This document shows, piece after piece, positions 63,414 to 64,000 of a DNA stretch of 64,000 nt (the stretch's first letter is position 1; every line of letters starts with the position of its first letter). The position numbers and the translations under genes are program-made. The notes below the pieces were generated by a model that ran no database searches, had not been told where the DNA came from, and saw only the letters and a list, made by a program, of their open reading frames with translations. Source of the DNA: Mobula hypostoma (lineage: Eukaryota); NCBI RefSeq assembly GCF_963921235.1, contig NC_086097.1, positions 115,384,001 through 115,448,000 on the forward strand, given 5' to 3'.

Positions 63414-63928
63414 AGCCTGATTTATACTTCTGCGTCAACTCGATGCTGTAAGTACTGTGTCGCCACAAAGCCTACGCAGAGCCAACGCAAATCCCTATGC
63501 CAAAGCCTGACGCACACCTCTCCGAAAATGTAACTGCGCGGCACAGCAATGCAGAACGCAACAACTGTGATCGGTCCGCTTGGTAGCATTGCGTTTCCTC
63601 CTACGCTGCAATAGCTTCCCATTGGCCGACTGAAGGGCAGGGAAGGAACTCTGGCTGCAATGCTTTCCATCAAGCTTTACAGACCTCCGAAATTATGGAG
63701 GATACATTCCGCTTTTACGAAAAAAGACACTCGTTTTAAACTTGTTTACCCCGACAAAGACTACCATGACCATGAAGCCTTGTGCGGGCAGGTGTGTGCG
63801 CATGCACAACGTGCCCAAATTGCAGAGTGACGCAGACACACCAACGCACAAGTATAAATGCTCACAACTCGCGTCAGTCATTTGTGTAGGTTACGGCGTC
63901 AAGTTGACGCAGAATTATAAATCAGGCT
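63414..63928. mobile_element. MITE (non-autonomous DNA transposon) inserted in a minus-strand CR1 3' region
   Basis: 27-bp TIRs AGCCTGATTTATACTTCTGCGTCAACT / AGTTGACGCAGAATTATAAATCAGGCT (1 mismatch); TTAA on both sides; CpG-rich. Confidence 0.88.
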
Positions 63929-64000
63929 TAACACACAATATTTCAGATGTGATACCACCTGTAGAACTGCAGCATGACATCCTAACACTTATGCTAAGTT

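Overview
Eukaryotic, repeat-saturated vertebrate DNA, most likely a cartilaginous fish (ray/shark). This is inferred from HER1-like CR1 LINEs with (TTCTATGT)n tails, HE1/V-SINE-like SINEs and Penelope tails. I could not identify a host protein-coding gene. The window is a nest of retroelements: many CR1 and Rex1/Babar LINE remnants, a degraded R2/Hero-type RLE element (5.3-8.4 kb), an internally deleted RTE (15.3-18.5 kb), two solo LTRs with 5-bp TSDs and two DNA-transposon derivatives. The only long intact ORF belongs to an apparently young Neptune-type Penelope-like element (RT + GIY-YIG, about 1014 aa, 52.2-55.8 kb, minus strand). Its 3' pseudo-LTR carries a minimal hammerhead ribozyme (HHR) motif. 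The most striking signal is a set of short non-coding Penelope derivatives carrying the same HHR. Three are fold-back hairpins, each flanked by a perfect 14-bp target-site duplication, and several have breakpoints at the ribozyme boundary. All family assignments come from motif recognition by eye, not database searches; coordinates of degraded elements are approximate.
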